The translations under genes and the position numbers were made by a program. Below, one piece after another: positions 26,876 to 36,093 of a DNA stretch of 64,000 nt (position 1 is the stretch's first letter; the number at the start of each line of letters is the position of its first letter). Under the pieces are notes generated by a model. It was not told the DNA's origin. It did no database searches and saw only the letters and a list, made by a program, of their open reading frames with translations. The DNA lies in assembly GCA_964608095.1 (NCBI GenBank), contig CAZSMK010000011.1, positions 18,209 through 82,208 of the forward strand, in the 5' to 3' direction. The stretch is from an uncultured Candidatus Sumerlaeota bacterium. Lineage in GTDB: Bacteria > Sumerlaeota > Sumerlaeia > MWCT01 > JAGHBZ01.

Positions 26876-28999
26876 TTATTCATCGTCTGAGGTTTCGATA
26901 GGAATGTCTTTGAGAAGTTCTCCAAGTTTGATTCCGCCGGAATCCTTGGACTTTAAAAATTGAGCAACTTCTTTTTTCTCCTGTTCGAGAAGGTAGTCGC
27001 GGCGGCTAAGCGAAATTTTCTCCTTTTCTCTGTCGATATTCTTTACTTTTAGAAAGACAGTTTGTCCCATCTGAAGAACGTCTTTGGGGTCCTGAATACG
27101 TTTGAGATCAATCTGTGACACATGCACCAATCCTTCAATCCCGAGATCGAGAGAAACAAAGGCGCCAAAAGATGTCAATTTTACGACCTTTCCTCTGACA
27201 GTAGAGCCTTCCGGATGAAGCTTGATATACTGATCAAAGGGATTTTCCGAAAGTTGTTTTATCCCGAGTTTCAATATCCTTTGGGCATCATCATAACCAA
27301 TGATCATAGCCTCAACCTCTTCACCCTGTTTGAACATACTCTTTGGTTTAGGGAGACGTTTATCCCAGCTCAATTCTGAAGGCATAATAAAACCACGGAC
27401 ATCATCTTCAATCTGTAGACTGACTCCTTTATCGTTTACCGAGCGAATGGTTCCCTTTACTCTTGTCCCCGGGGGATAATTTTCTTTTGCGTCTTCCCAG
27501 GGATCAGGAGAAAGTTGCTTGAGCCCGAGTGAAAGACGTTGCCGCTCTTTATTCACACCAAGAACAACACATCGTACACGTTGTCCTTCTTTGAGATGCT
27601 CTCGAGGATTTGTCACGTGCTCTGTCCAGCTAAGGTCCGAAATGTGAACCAAGCCGGTTAGGCCTTCGGCGAGTCTCACAAACGCCCCGTAATCCTGGAG
27701 CGCAACCACCTCGCCGCGCACCACTTTTCCTTCAGGATAGTGCTCTGTGACATTATCCCACGGATTGGGCTTGAGCTGACGGCGACTCAGCGTTATCTTT
27801 CCTGTTTCCTTATCAACAGATATAACTTTCACTTTAGCCTGCCGCCCCTCTTTGAAGAACTCTGAAGGGTGCGCCGCCTTTTCCCAGGAACACTCTTCAC
27901 GAGGAATAAATCCATCTATCCCGCCGAGATCGACGAACACGCCGAATTCCATAACCGCTTTCACTTTCCCTGTTACCTCATCACCCTCTGATAATGTGTT
28001 GAGTATCAGGGTGCGCTGTTTCTCATTCTCTTCCTCGAGTAATCGCCTTCGAGAAAGAATAAGTCGTTTCCCTGCAGGGTCGGCATCAATTACGAAAGCC
28101 GATACTTCCTTACCTATCATGCTGCTGAGGTCATCGACTCTTTTAATATCAATCTGTGAAGCCGGCATAAAACATCGAATATCATTTACATCGACAATAA
28201 CACCTGATTTGACTACATCTTCAACCGTTCCAGACACAGGCAGATGGTCTTCAAAGGCGTTAAGAATTGAATCAAGTGATTCTTTCGCTTTCGCTTTTAA
28301 ATGTGATACGATAACCTGTCCGCTCTCTTCATCAGAGCCCATAATCATTACCTTGACAAAGTCTCCCACGTGTAAATTGATGTCACCTTTTTCATCGGCG
28401 AATTCCATTATGTCCACCACTGCCTCTGCTTTACCGCCAAGATCCACGAGGGCATAATCAGGCCGAACTACCACTACAGGTACTTCCATAACCTCTCCCA
28501 CATCGACGCTCTGAATTTTGGGAATATATTCCTCGAGCATTTCTTGAAATTCAGACAACTCCTTGTCCATTATTTCTGCTTGCTCGACCTCGTCTTGCTC
28601 AGATTCGGTTGTTTGCTCATAGGATTCAGCAAGCGCCTGGAGTACATCGAGTTTGTTCATCTGTTTTACCACTTCCTCATGCGTTTCTACAGGTGTGGAT
28701 TCTGTTTCCTTCTCGGCTTTTTCCGCTTCCTTTTCCTCTCCCACTAAGGATGCTTCTTTTTTCTCAACAGGTGACTCTACTTCTGGTTTTTGCTTTTGCG
28801 CTGGTTCAGGGGGTGGCTCAGAATCAGGAGGTATACGCTTTTCTTCCCCCTCTTCTTCTCTCTCTTGAGAAAAAGGCATTGATATAGGCTTTAGCTCATC
28901 TTCGACCAGCGATTGATACTCTGAAATTTCTCGACGTATTCTCTCTTCTTCCGAGAGACCTTCTTCCTCCTTTTTATTGTTTAAAGACTCATCGGTCAT
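26876..28999 (-). CDS. rpsA: 30S ribosomal protein S1 (six S1 domains) with ~150-aa acidic N-terminal extension
   Basis: Repeated S1 motifs (FGVFVDLGGIDG, YGAFVRL..GLTGLVHISDLSW, FGAFVSL..GIEGLVHVSQ). Lies downstream of cmk; GGAGG RBS. Confidence 0.9.
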   Translation of the reverse strand: MTDESLNNKKEEEGLSEEERIRREISEYQSLVEDELKPISMPFSQEREEEGEEKRIPPDSEPPPEPAQKQKPEVESPVEKKEASLVGEEKEAEKAEKETESTPVETHEEVVKQMNKLDVLQALAESYEQTTESEQDEVEQAEIMDKELSEFQEMLEEYIPKIQSVDVGEVMEVPVVVVRPDYALVDLGGKAEAVVDIMEFADEKGDINLHVGDFVKVMIMGSDEESGQVIVSHLKAKAKESLDSILNAFEDHLPVSGTVEDVVKSGVIVDVNDIRCFMPASQIDIKRVDDLSSMIGKEVSAFVIDADPAGKRLILSRRRLLEEENEKQRTLILNTLSEGDEVTGKVKAVMEFGVFVDLGGIDGFIPREECSWEKAAHPSEFFKEGRQAKVKVISVDKETGKITLSRRQLKPNPWDNVTEHYPEGKVVRGEVVALQDYGAFVRLAEGLTGLVHISDLSWTEHVTNPREHLKEGQRVRCVVLGVNKERQRLSLGLKQLSPDPWEDAKENYPPGTRVKGTIRSVNDKGVSLQIEDDVRGFIMPSELSWDKRLPKPKSMFKQGEEVEAMIIGYDDAQRILKLGIKQLSENPFDQYIKLHPEGSTVRGKVVKLTSFGAFVSLDLGIEGLVHVSQIDLKRIQDPKDVLQMGQTVFLKVKNIDREKEKISLSRRDYLLEQEKKEVAQFLKSKDSGGIKLGELLKDIPIETSDDE

Positions 29000-29325
29000 T
29001 GAAAATAATTCACCTCCATAAAACTTTTCCGCTGTTATCTTATAAGGCGGTTTTCAAAAGATTCACTCTAATGTATCAAGGAGAACAGCACACAAAAGGG
29101 GGCATATCTTCCCGCAAAACCTCAGAAAATGAATTCTCGAATTGCGCTGTTTACACCTCCTCAAATACAAGAAACTAATAGTAAGATTATGAAATTCCGA
29201 CGTCCTCGTCAACATATTTGACTTGTTTCTTCAGTGCAAATAAGGCTTTTATTCCTATCGCTACACATGTACAGAACCATTCTTATTTCTATATATCCGA
29301 ATGAAAAGAAAGCGTCTCTTTGTCT

Positions 29326-30039
29326 TCAGAGCTCAACCTGAACCATATTCGCAATAAGGGATATCACATCATTCTCGGAAATATTGGTAGTATCGATAAC
29401 TATTGCGTCTTGCGCAACGCGCAAGGGACCGAATGCCCTTGAGCGGTCACGTCTGTCTCTTTCAATAATCGATGACCTGATCTCTTCAAAACTCAACATC
29501 GTCTCAGCGCCTCGGTTTTCCTGGAGTTGGAGAAGCCGACGCCGTGTCCTTTCTTCCACCGAGGCGTCAAGATAAAATTTCCATGGCGTTCCAGGAAAGA
29601 CCACCGTACCCATATCGCGTCCCTCAGCAACCACGCCTTTATGTTGTTTAGCGATCGACCTCTGCTGAAAGACCATCTGTTCCCTTACGCCTTGAGCATC
29701 GGAGACAGGCGATGTGTTCTTGCTGACTTCGGGCGTACGAATATCCATCGACACATCACGCTCATCACACATGACCACTAATTGTTCATTTTTGTAAAAA
29801 AGGGAAATTTTTATCTCAGAAGCGATATGCCTAAGTGCATCCCTGTCAAGAAGATCGACCCCGCGTCTCATGGCTTCAAGTGTAACCGTACGGTACATCG
29901 CTCCTGTGTCCAGGTGAAAAAAACCAAGGCGTCTTGCAAGATGTTTTGCGACCGTGCTCTTACCGACTCCTACAGGTCCGTCAATTGCAATTATTATGTT
30001 TTTTGATATGCTCATCACCGACTTTGGCATGGCAGCCAC
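29326..30039 (-). CDS. cmk: Cytidylate kinase
   Basis: IAIDGPVGVGKST, LDTGAMYR, EGRDMGTVVFP, KFYLDASVEER, ERDRRD, IDTT. The start is probably a later Met. Confidence 0.93.
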   Translation of the reverse strand: MAAMPKSVMSISKNIIIAIDGPVGVGKSTVAKHLARRLGFFHLDTGAMYRTVTLEAMRRGVDLLDRDALRHIASEIKISLFYKNEQLVVMCDERDVSMDIRTPEVSKNTSPVSDAQGVREQMVFQQRSIAKQHKGVVAEGRDMGTVVFPGTPWKFYLDASVEERTRRRLLQLQENRGAETMLSFEEIRSSIIERDRRDRSRAFGPLRVAQDAIVIDTTNISENDVISLIANMVQVEL

Positions 30040-30232
30040 ATGGCGGCAAAATGCGATACCTTCGTCCGGAATGATTCATCGTCTGTAGAAAAATACGGAT
30101 ACCTAACACCCGCTTACCTATTAATGTCAAGACTAATAACGCTCCGCTCCCAAAAAACAGGATTGACTTTTCAAGGTAGATATATGAAAAATCAGTTTCA
30201 TTTTTTAGCGATGGTTCGCAAAGGTTCATAAA

Positions 30233-30919
30233 TTGAAATTATCCGTAATAATACCTATATATAACGAAGAAAAGCTGATTGAACAAGTTTTGAAGCGAGT
30301 TCGAAAACTTCCTTACGAACTCGAGCTCATCCTCGTTAACGACGCTTCAATCGATGGTACCCTGGACATTCTCAAAAAAGAAGTAGAAACACATCCTGAA
30401 AATACAACCCTTCTCAATCATGAGCTGAACCGGGGAAAGGGGGCGGCAATACGCACCGGATTGAAAAAGGCAACCGGTGATATCGTCATAATTCAAGATG
30501 CTGATCTTGAATATAACCCTGAAGAAATCCCTTCCGTCATTCAGCCTATCCTCGATGGTAAGACCAACGTAGCGTACGGGTCGCGTTTTATGGGTGATGT
30601 AAAGAAGATGCGACTTGCCAATTATATCGCAAACAAGTTTCTGGCATTGCTTGTGAGCATCCTTTACGGACAGAAAATAACCGATGAAGCGACCGCCTAT
30701 AAAGCATTCAAACGACCCATAATCCAGAATATCGACCTCAAATGCCAGGGGTTCGAGTTCTGTCCGGAAGTTACGGCAAAGGTTCTGCGAAAAGGCGAGA
30801 AGATTATCGAGGTGCCGGTTACCTTTACTGCACGGAGTTTCTGGGAAGGAAAGAAGATTGGGTGGAAAGATTTTTTTGTTGCCGTATGCACCCTTCTAAA
30901 GTATCGTTTTGTAAAATAA
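30233..30919 (+). CDS. GT2 glycosyltransferase (DPM1-like)
   Basis: VIIPIYNE, VNDASIDG, NRGKGAA, IQDADLEY, YGSRF, FEFCPEVTAK. Confidence 0.9.
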   Translation: MKLSVIIPIYNEEKLIEQVLKRVRKLPYELELILVNDASIDGTLDILKKEVETHPENTTLLNHELNRGKGAAIRTGLKKATGDIVIIQDADLEYNPEEIPSVIQPILDGKTNVAYGSRFMGDVKKMRLANYIANKFLALLVSILYGQKITDEATAYKAFKRPIIQNIDLKCQGFEFCPEVTAKVLRKGEKIIEVPVTFTARSFWEGKKIGWKDFFVAVCTLLKYRFVK

Positions 30920-31005
30920 AAAAATTGCAAGATGAACCGGCAAAACATGAGTTTAGAACCCTGAGTTTTTATTCAAAAACGCTACAAAGATTATGAGAAT
31001 GCTGC

Positions 31006-31695
31006 ATGGGTAAAAAGAAAAAAGTCAAAGAAGTAAAAGAGACAAAGACAACCTTTATTGTCATTGGCATAGTCGGAGGTTTTCTCCTTATTTTACTCAT
31101 TTCTCAGGCAATAGTGGGTTTTCGACGACTCGATCTTCAACATTGCATTTTAACCATGGTTTCAATCCAGGAAGCCATAAAAACAATGGAAGAAGAGTTA
31201 GGATTTGATTTCGACCCGAGCACAACCGACGACAAATACCGCCTGAACAGCCTCATCCTTTATTTCAGGTACGGTAAAGACGCATTCGTTCGAGATGACA
31301 AGGGCTATTTAATTCACAAGCCCACTGATGAGATTCAACAAATGGAAGAAGTCACGCGTTCAGACAACTATTTCCCAGAGTATCCGGAATGCCCGGGAGG
31401 AGGGACTTATTCATTAATACCCACAAATGAAGAAGGCATATTCTATATACGATGTTCAAAACACGGTACACTTGAACCCCCTGACTCGAAGGGACGCTAT
31501 GTTTTTGACGGCAAGTTCTCACTTCTCAACGCTGAGCAAACCGCTATGGGGTGGGAAGCACGAATTGTCGTTCCTTCAACACATGAAATCGGGATGGACA
31601 CAATATTTGTGATACCGGCTACGCAACAGAAAAAGAGCGAGTCGAACGATACGATCACGTCTCCTACCCTTGAGAGCAGAAGCGGCGCAAAATAG
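31006..31695 (+). CDS. Single-pass membrane protein with pilin/ComGC-like CPGGGTY...CSKHG motif
   Basis: Basic N-terminus, one TM helix, HCILTM, then ECPGGGTYSL...RCSKHG. Confidence 0.6.
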   Translation: MGKKKKVKEVKETKTTFIVIGIVGGFLLILLISQAIVGFRRLDLQHCILTMVSIQEAIKTMEEELGFDFDPSTTDDKYRLNSLILYFRYGKDAFVRDDKGYLIHKPTDEIQQMEEVTRSDNYFPEYPECPGGGTYSLIPTNEEGIFYIRCSKHGTLEPPDSKGRYVFDGKFSLLNAEQTAMGWEARIVVPSTHEIGMDTIFVIPATQQKKSESNDTITSPTLESRSGAK

Positions 31696-32650
31696 AGAGT
31701 ACTCCTGCAAAATCATCTGCAAGTTCGACCTCAAAATGCAAATCTTCTCCTGTTTCAGGATGCGTAAATCCCAGTGAATACGCATGCAGCATCTGCCTGC
31801 TTATCCCGCGAATTGTCTCTTTTACCTCATCGGGAAGCTCTCGAGGTAGCTGTCCGAAAAGTCGCGATGCTCGTATTCCGTATTGAGAATCACCCACGAT
31901 AGGAAACCCTATTTGTGAAAGATGCACTCGAATCTGATGAGTCCTTCCTGTATGAAGAGCAACCTCGAGAAGGCTCATATATCTGTAGGATTCTATAACC
32001 TTGTACCGGGTAAGTGCAGGTCTGCCATTTATCAGGTTAACCGCCATTTTCGTCCGATGTTGCTGGTGTCTGCCGATAGGGAGATCTATCTGGTTCTCCG
32101 ATGGATATGGTATGCCGAGGACCAAAGCCTTATAACGTCGCCTAACTTTGCGAGAGGAAATCTGCTCGACCAGATTTGCATACGCCCTATGCGTTTTTGC
32201 CACCATCATGATACCGGACGTATCCTTATCCAGCCTGTGCACAATGCCGGGACGCTGTGCATTGCCGGATAGTTCTATCTCCGGGCAATGGAAAAGTAAT
32301 GCGTTGACCAGGGTGTTCTCTTTATTACCTGCTGCGGGATGTACCACGAGACCCGGCGGTTTATTTATAACAATTAAAGAACCGTCTTCATAGACTATGT
32401 CGAGTTTTATCTCCTGGGCTGGAGGAACCTCAGGTTCGGGCGGCGGTACATGAATGACGACTTCTTCACCCCGCTTGAGAACATGATTAGGTTTAACTCG
32501 TTTTCCGTTGACAAGAACCTTGCCGGCCCTGATTACCTGTTGCCAGAAACTACGACTCCGTTCAGGACGTAGTTCATGTACAAACTTATCGATCCGAATT
32601 TTCCGTTTTCCGGTATACGTTTCATGCAGAATATTCTCATCCTTTGTCAT
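31664..32650 (-). CDS. rluD: RluA-family pseudouridine synthase with N-terminal S4 domain (RluD-like)
   Basis: S4 region RIDKFV..SRS, INKPPGLVVHPAAG, GIVHRLDKDTSG, TGRTHQIRVH, QMLHA. Confidence 0.88.
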   Translation of the reverse strand: MTKDENILHETYTGKRKIRIDKFVHELRPERSRSFWQQVIRAGKVLVNGKRVKPNHVLKRGEEVVIHVPPPEPEVPPAQEIKLDIVYEDGSLIVINKPPGLVVHPAAGNKENTLVNALLFHCPEIELSGNAQRPGIVHRLDKDTSGIMMVAKTHRAYANLVEQISSRKVRRRYKALVLGIPYPSENQIDLPIGRHQQHRTKMAVNLINGRPALTRYKVIESYRYMSLLEVALHTGRTHQIRVHLSQIGFPIVGDSQYGIRASRLFGQLPRELPDEVKETIRGISRQMLHAYSLGFTHPETGEDLHFEVELADDFAGVLSILRRFCSQG

Positions 32651-32929
32651 AACATTTTAATTTTATTCTATTTACCAGTCTTGATTCAAGAAGGTAAGAA
32701 CTATCTTATTGACTACAAAAATTTAGATACGTTTTACTTTCAATTACCGTACTCATGGAACGGTAGTTATGAAGACGATGAGATTTTTCTAAAAGCACAT
32801 TCAGGCGCTTTTATTACCGACTCCCTATCAAGTCTTCTGTTGCTTTTGCATTTCTTGAAGGTAACAATAATATCCCTTGATGAATTGACCATAGAAACCG
32901 TGGATTCAATTTTGTAAAGAAAGGTTGGC

Positions 32930-33820
32930 ATGAACAAGAAAACACTGCAGCGGATAGGATTTCAGATAGCTACTTTTCCAGTTGACTCACGGGATGAAGC
33001 AATCGAGCACTATCATCGGTTAATTGACCTGCTGAATCTTGAAACGATTGAGATATTGTTCGAACGAGCCCGTGATCGTTTATGGTTCAACGTTGAAGAG
33101 GCGCCTCCTGATGATCTTCGCAGGTTACTGAATCGCCTTCCTGTAAAGGGCGCTCATCTTCCTTTCATATACATCAATCCCATAGCGCCTGAACCGACGT
33201 TGAGAAAAGCGTCTCTTCAGATAATAAAAAGGTCTATAGACTTCGCCGCTGAGTGTGGAATCGATTATGTGGTGATGCATTGCCGTGGATTCAATTATTA
33301 CGTGGAACCGGACGAAAGATTTGCGCAATGGAGAGCAGCGGTCGAGGAAATAAACGAGTATGCAACGGCGCGTTCTATAATCCTCTCATTAGAGAATGCC
33401 GATTTTTTATTCGAACTTAAACGCTTATCCGAGTTCATCGCCTCACTCAGCCGAGAGGAGGTGAAGATCACCCTCGACATCGGACACGCACATTTCAGGC
33501 TTTTCAGACCTCGATGGCGATATTACGCCCTCAAAGGCATCGACCGTTACGTTCCCTTCAGATTTTTCAAAAACTATTTTGCACACAGCAGCTATGGCGG
33601 CGTTACTCAATTCATCCAGCATGAATCAGGTCGAATCAACAACCTCCATCTTCATGATCATGACGGAAAGAGTGATCATCTTCCCCCGGGAAAAGGTAAA
33701 CTTCGATTTGAATTCTTACATCTCTTACCGCACCATATTAACGTCATTATCGAAGCAAGATTCAACGATCTGGATGAAATCATACAATGCCATCGATTCG
33801 TTAAGGAGAAACTCAACTGA
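32930..33820 (+). CDS. Sugar-phosphate isomerase/epimerase-family (AP endonuclease 2) TIM-barrel protein
   Basis: Metal ligands LEN, LDIGH, HLHD..D-H, IIE. The stop overlaps the next ATG by one base. Confidence 0.8.
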   Translation: MNKKTLQRIGFQIATFPVDSRDEAIEHYHRLIDLLNLETIEILFERARDRLWFNVEEAPPDDLRRLLNRLPVKGAHLPFIYINPIAPEPTLRKASLQIIKRSIDFAAECGIDYVVMHCRGFNYYVEPDERFAQWRAAVEEINEYATARSIILSLENADFLFELKRLSEFIASLSREEVKITLDIGHAHFRLFRPRWRYYALKGIDRYVPFRFFKNYFAHSSYGGVTQFIQHESGRINNLHLHDHDGKSDHLPPGKGKLRFEFLHLLPHHINVIIEARFNDLDEIIQCHRFVKEKLN

Positions 33821-35133
33821 TGGGTATAGCCCGTAAAAGTACATTTGACCTTGCAAGCCAGGTAGGCATTGTCATAGTCAATGGTATAGCGGGCATCATA
33901 ATCGCCCGAGCGTTTCATCCGGAAGGATATGGTGCATTTCGCCTGGTTCTGCTTGCCAACACTCTTTGCCTCAACTTCACCAACCTGGGCTTGAGCATCG
34001 CAAACACCTATTTTATCGGAAAAGATGTCCGCCGCTTACCCGAAGCTCACACTATCTCTATCTTTCTCTCATTCCTCTTTACGGTTACTCTCTTCGTGAT
34101 CTTGATAGTCTCCGGCGATTTTATTCGTATCAATTTTTTTCGCGATATTCCCATTGCTTACCTCCTGATTGCTGTCGGACTCCTTCCCTTTTCTCTTTAC
34201 TATGCGGTGTGGACGGGCATACTTATCGGGCTGGGAAAGATAGTGCTTCTCGCTATCTTCAATTTTTGTTATCAACTCGCCCAGTCAACGGGATTCATCA
34301 TACTGATTGTGGTGTTCAAACAACAGTTGACGGCGCTCATAATTTACTGGGCTACGATCCAGATAGGCGCAGTCATCCTGATGCTTTTGATCCTCTGGCG
34401 TCAGCACAGAAACCTTTTTGCCCCGCTCAATTTCCCTCTGATGAAAAAATTCGTAACGTTCGGATTTACTGCGTATTTCGGCAACGTGGCATCAAATCTT
34501 CTCACTCGCATCGATACCCTTATTGTGAGCAATTTGCTTGGCGTAACCAGTGTGGGATTTTACATGCTGGCGGGAACATTTGCCGAAAAAGTCTGGCTTT
34601 TTGCCGCTGCTATGGAGAAAGCCTCCTATTCAAAAGTCATCTCCGCTACAAAAGAAGAAGCAATATTCCTGATACAGAAAATTCTGAGAAACACTCTGTT
34701 TATCTCCTTTGTGGGAATTGCCGTAGTATTCATTATCGCGCCATTCCTGATCACCTTTTTGTATGGTTCGGAATATGCTCCCAGCATAGACCTTCTGAGA
34801 ATCTTTCTCATAGGTGCGATGCTGTTCGGGGGTTGCCGAATCTATGCAATGTATTTTACGGGTTTCAAAGGAAAACCTCAAATCCCTACGGCTATTGCAT
34901 GGGTGATGTTTATCATCAATGCGTCGCTCTGTTATATTTTTACCCGCTTTTTTGGCATCCTGGGAGCGGCAGCAGCTACCGCCTCCAGCTACTTCGTAAT
35001 GTTTCTCATATATACGACATTATTCATTCGTGACAGTGGGATTAAACAGATTGCGCCCCTCTTTATTATTAACCGCGGGGATATCAAAGCTTACATACAG
35101 TTCATAAAATCGCTCATATCACGTCGCCGATGA
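33820..35133 (+). CDS. Oligosaccharide flippase (Wzx / MOP superfamily)
   Basis: About 12 TM segments. PEGYGAF, NLGLSIANTYF, RIDTLIV..LG...VGFY, YGSEYAPS, FGILGAAAAT. Confidence 0.85.
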   Translation: MGIARKSTFDLASQVGIVIVNGIAGIIIARAFHPEGYGAFRLVLLANTLCLNFTNLGLSIANTYFIGKDVRRLPEAHTISIFLSFLFTVTLFVILIVSGDFIRINFFRDIPIAYLLIAVGLLPFSLYYAVWTGILIGLGKIVLLAIFNFCYQLAQSTGFIILIVVFKQQLTALIIYWATIQIGAVILMLLILWRQHRNLFAPLNFPLMKKFVTFGFTAYFGNVASNLLTRIDTLIVSNLLGVTSVGFYMLAGTFAEKVWLFAAAMEKASYSKVISATKEEAIFLIQKILRNTLFISFVGIAVVFIIAPFLITFLYGSEYAPSIDLLRIFLIGAMLFGGCRIYAMYFTGFKGKPQIPTAIAWVMFIINASLCYIFTRFFGILGAAAATASSYFVMFLIYTTLFIRDSGIKQIAPLFIINRGDIKAYIQFIKSLISRRR

Positions 35134-35981
35134 TATTCTTCAAGCCCTTCTCGCCAATGAGGTAACAGGGGAAGACCAATCTCTTTGAGACGCGCATTCT
35201 TGAGAACTGAATTCATGGGACGACGCGCCGGACGCTCGAGATCGCCACTCTTCACCGGCTTTATAGTCGCTTCTTCAAACCCAAATTCATCCGCAATTGC
35301 ACGGGCAAATTCATACCAGCTGCATACACCCTGATTGGTCACATGATATATGCCGAAAAGGGCGATATCGAGCAAACGATAGAGCTGCTCTGCAAGGTGA
35401 AAGGTAAACGTAGGGTGTCCCTTCTGGTCGTCGACCACAGTCAGCGCCTTCCCTTTCTTCAATGCCTTCAAAATGGATTCAATAAAGTTCGAGCTATACG
35501 TGCAATGTGTGCCGGAAAGCGTAGAAGTTCGTATTATTTTATAGCGAGGAACCAGGATACGCACATATTCCTCACCTTTGAGTTTGGATATGCCGTAAAC
35601 ATTCAGGGGATTCGGCTCATCCGTTTCAAGATAAGGTGCGTCCTTTTGACCGTCAAAGACATAATCTGTACTTATGAGGAATAATTCCGCATCGATTTCA
35701 CGGCAAAAAAAAGCCAGGTTTTTAGTCCCTTCTGCATTGATGGACATGCATAATTCAGGGTGTGTTTCCGCTTCGTCTACTGCAGTATATGCGGCTGTAT
35801 GTATGACTGTATCGGGTTTATGATGAAGGATATAGTCCCGCACCTGTTTGAGGTCCGTAAGGTTCATATCCTTTATAGTCGACGGGATGACCTCAACAGA
35901 GCCCTGTGCCTTGAAATAAGTAACGACATCTGTTCCGAGCATCCCATCAGCGCCCGTTACCAGAATTTTTTTTCGGGGCAT
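35091..35981 (-). CDS. rfbD: dTDP-4-dehydrorhamnose reductase
   Basis: VTGADGMLG, HTAAYTAVDEAE, ISTDYVFDG, PLNVYGISK, VDDQKGHPT, ARRPMNS.L. Confidence 0.93.
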   Translation of the reverse strand: MPRKKILVTGADGMLGTDVVTYFKAQGSVEVIPSTIKDMNLTDLKQVRDYILHHKPDTVIHTAAYTAVDEAETHPELCMSINAEGTKNLAFFCREIDAELFLISTDYVFDGQKDAPYLETDEPNPLNVYGISKLKGEEYVRILVPRYKIIRTSTLSGTHCTYSSNFIESILKALKKGKALTVVDDQKGHPTFTFHLAEQLYRLLDIALFGIYHVTNQGVCSWYEFARAIADEFGFEEATIKPVKSGDLERPARRPMNSVLKNARLKEIGLPLLPHWREGLEEYHRRRDMSDFMNCM

Positions 35982-36093
35982 ACGCTTCCCTTCCGCAACA
36001 AATCTTGAATCTCCAATTTGATTGGAGGATGTCTATAATGCAAGAAAAATTCAATGTTGCATACTCTGACTTTATGTTCCCCAAAAACTCGGA

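Noticed and set aside
33966-35033. 355-codon alternative-frame ORF inside the flippase (possible overlapping gene)
   Set aside because: It uses codon positions 3-1-2 of a very hydrophobic gene. Stops in that frame need T followed by Lys/Asn/Asp/Glu/AGN codons, which are scarce in membrane proteins. The translation has no recognisable motif.
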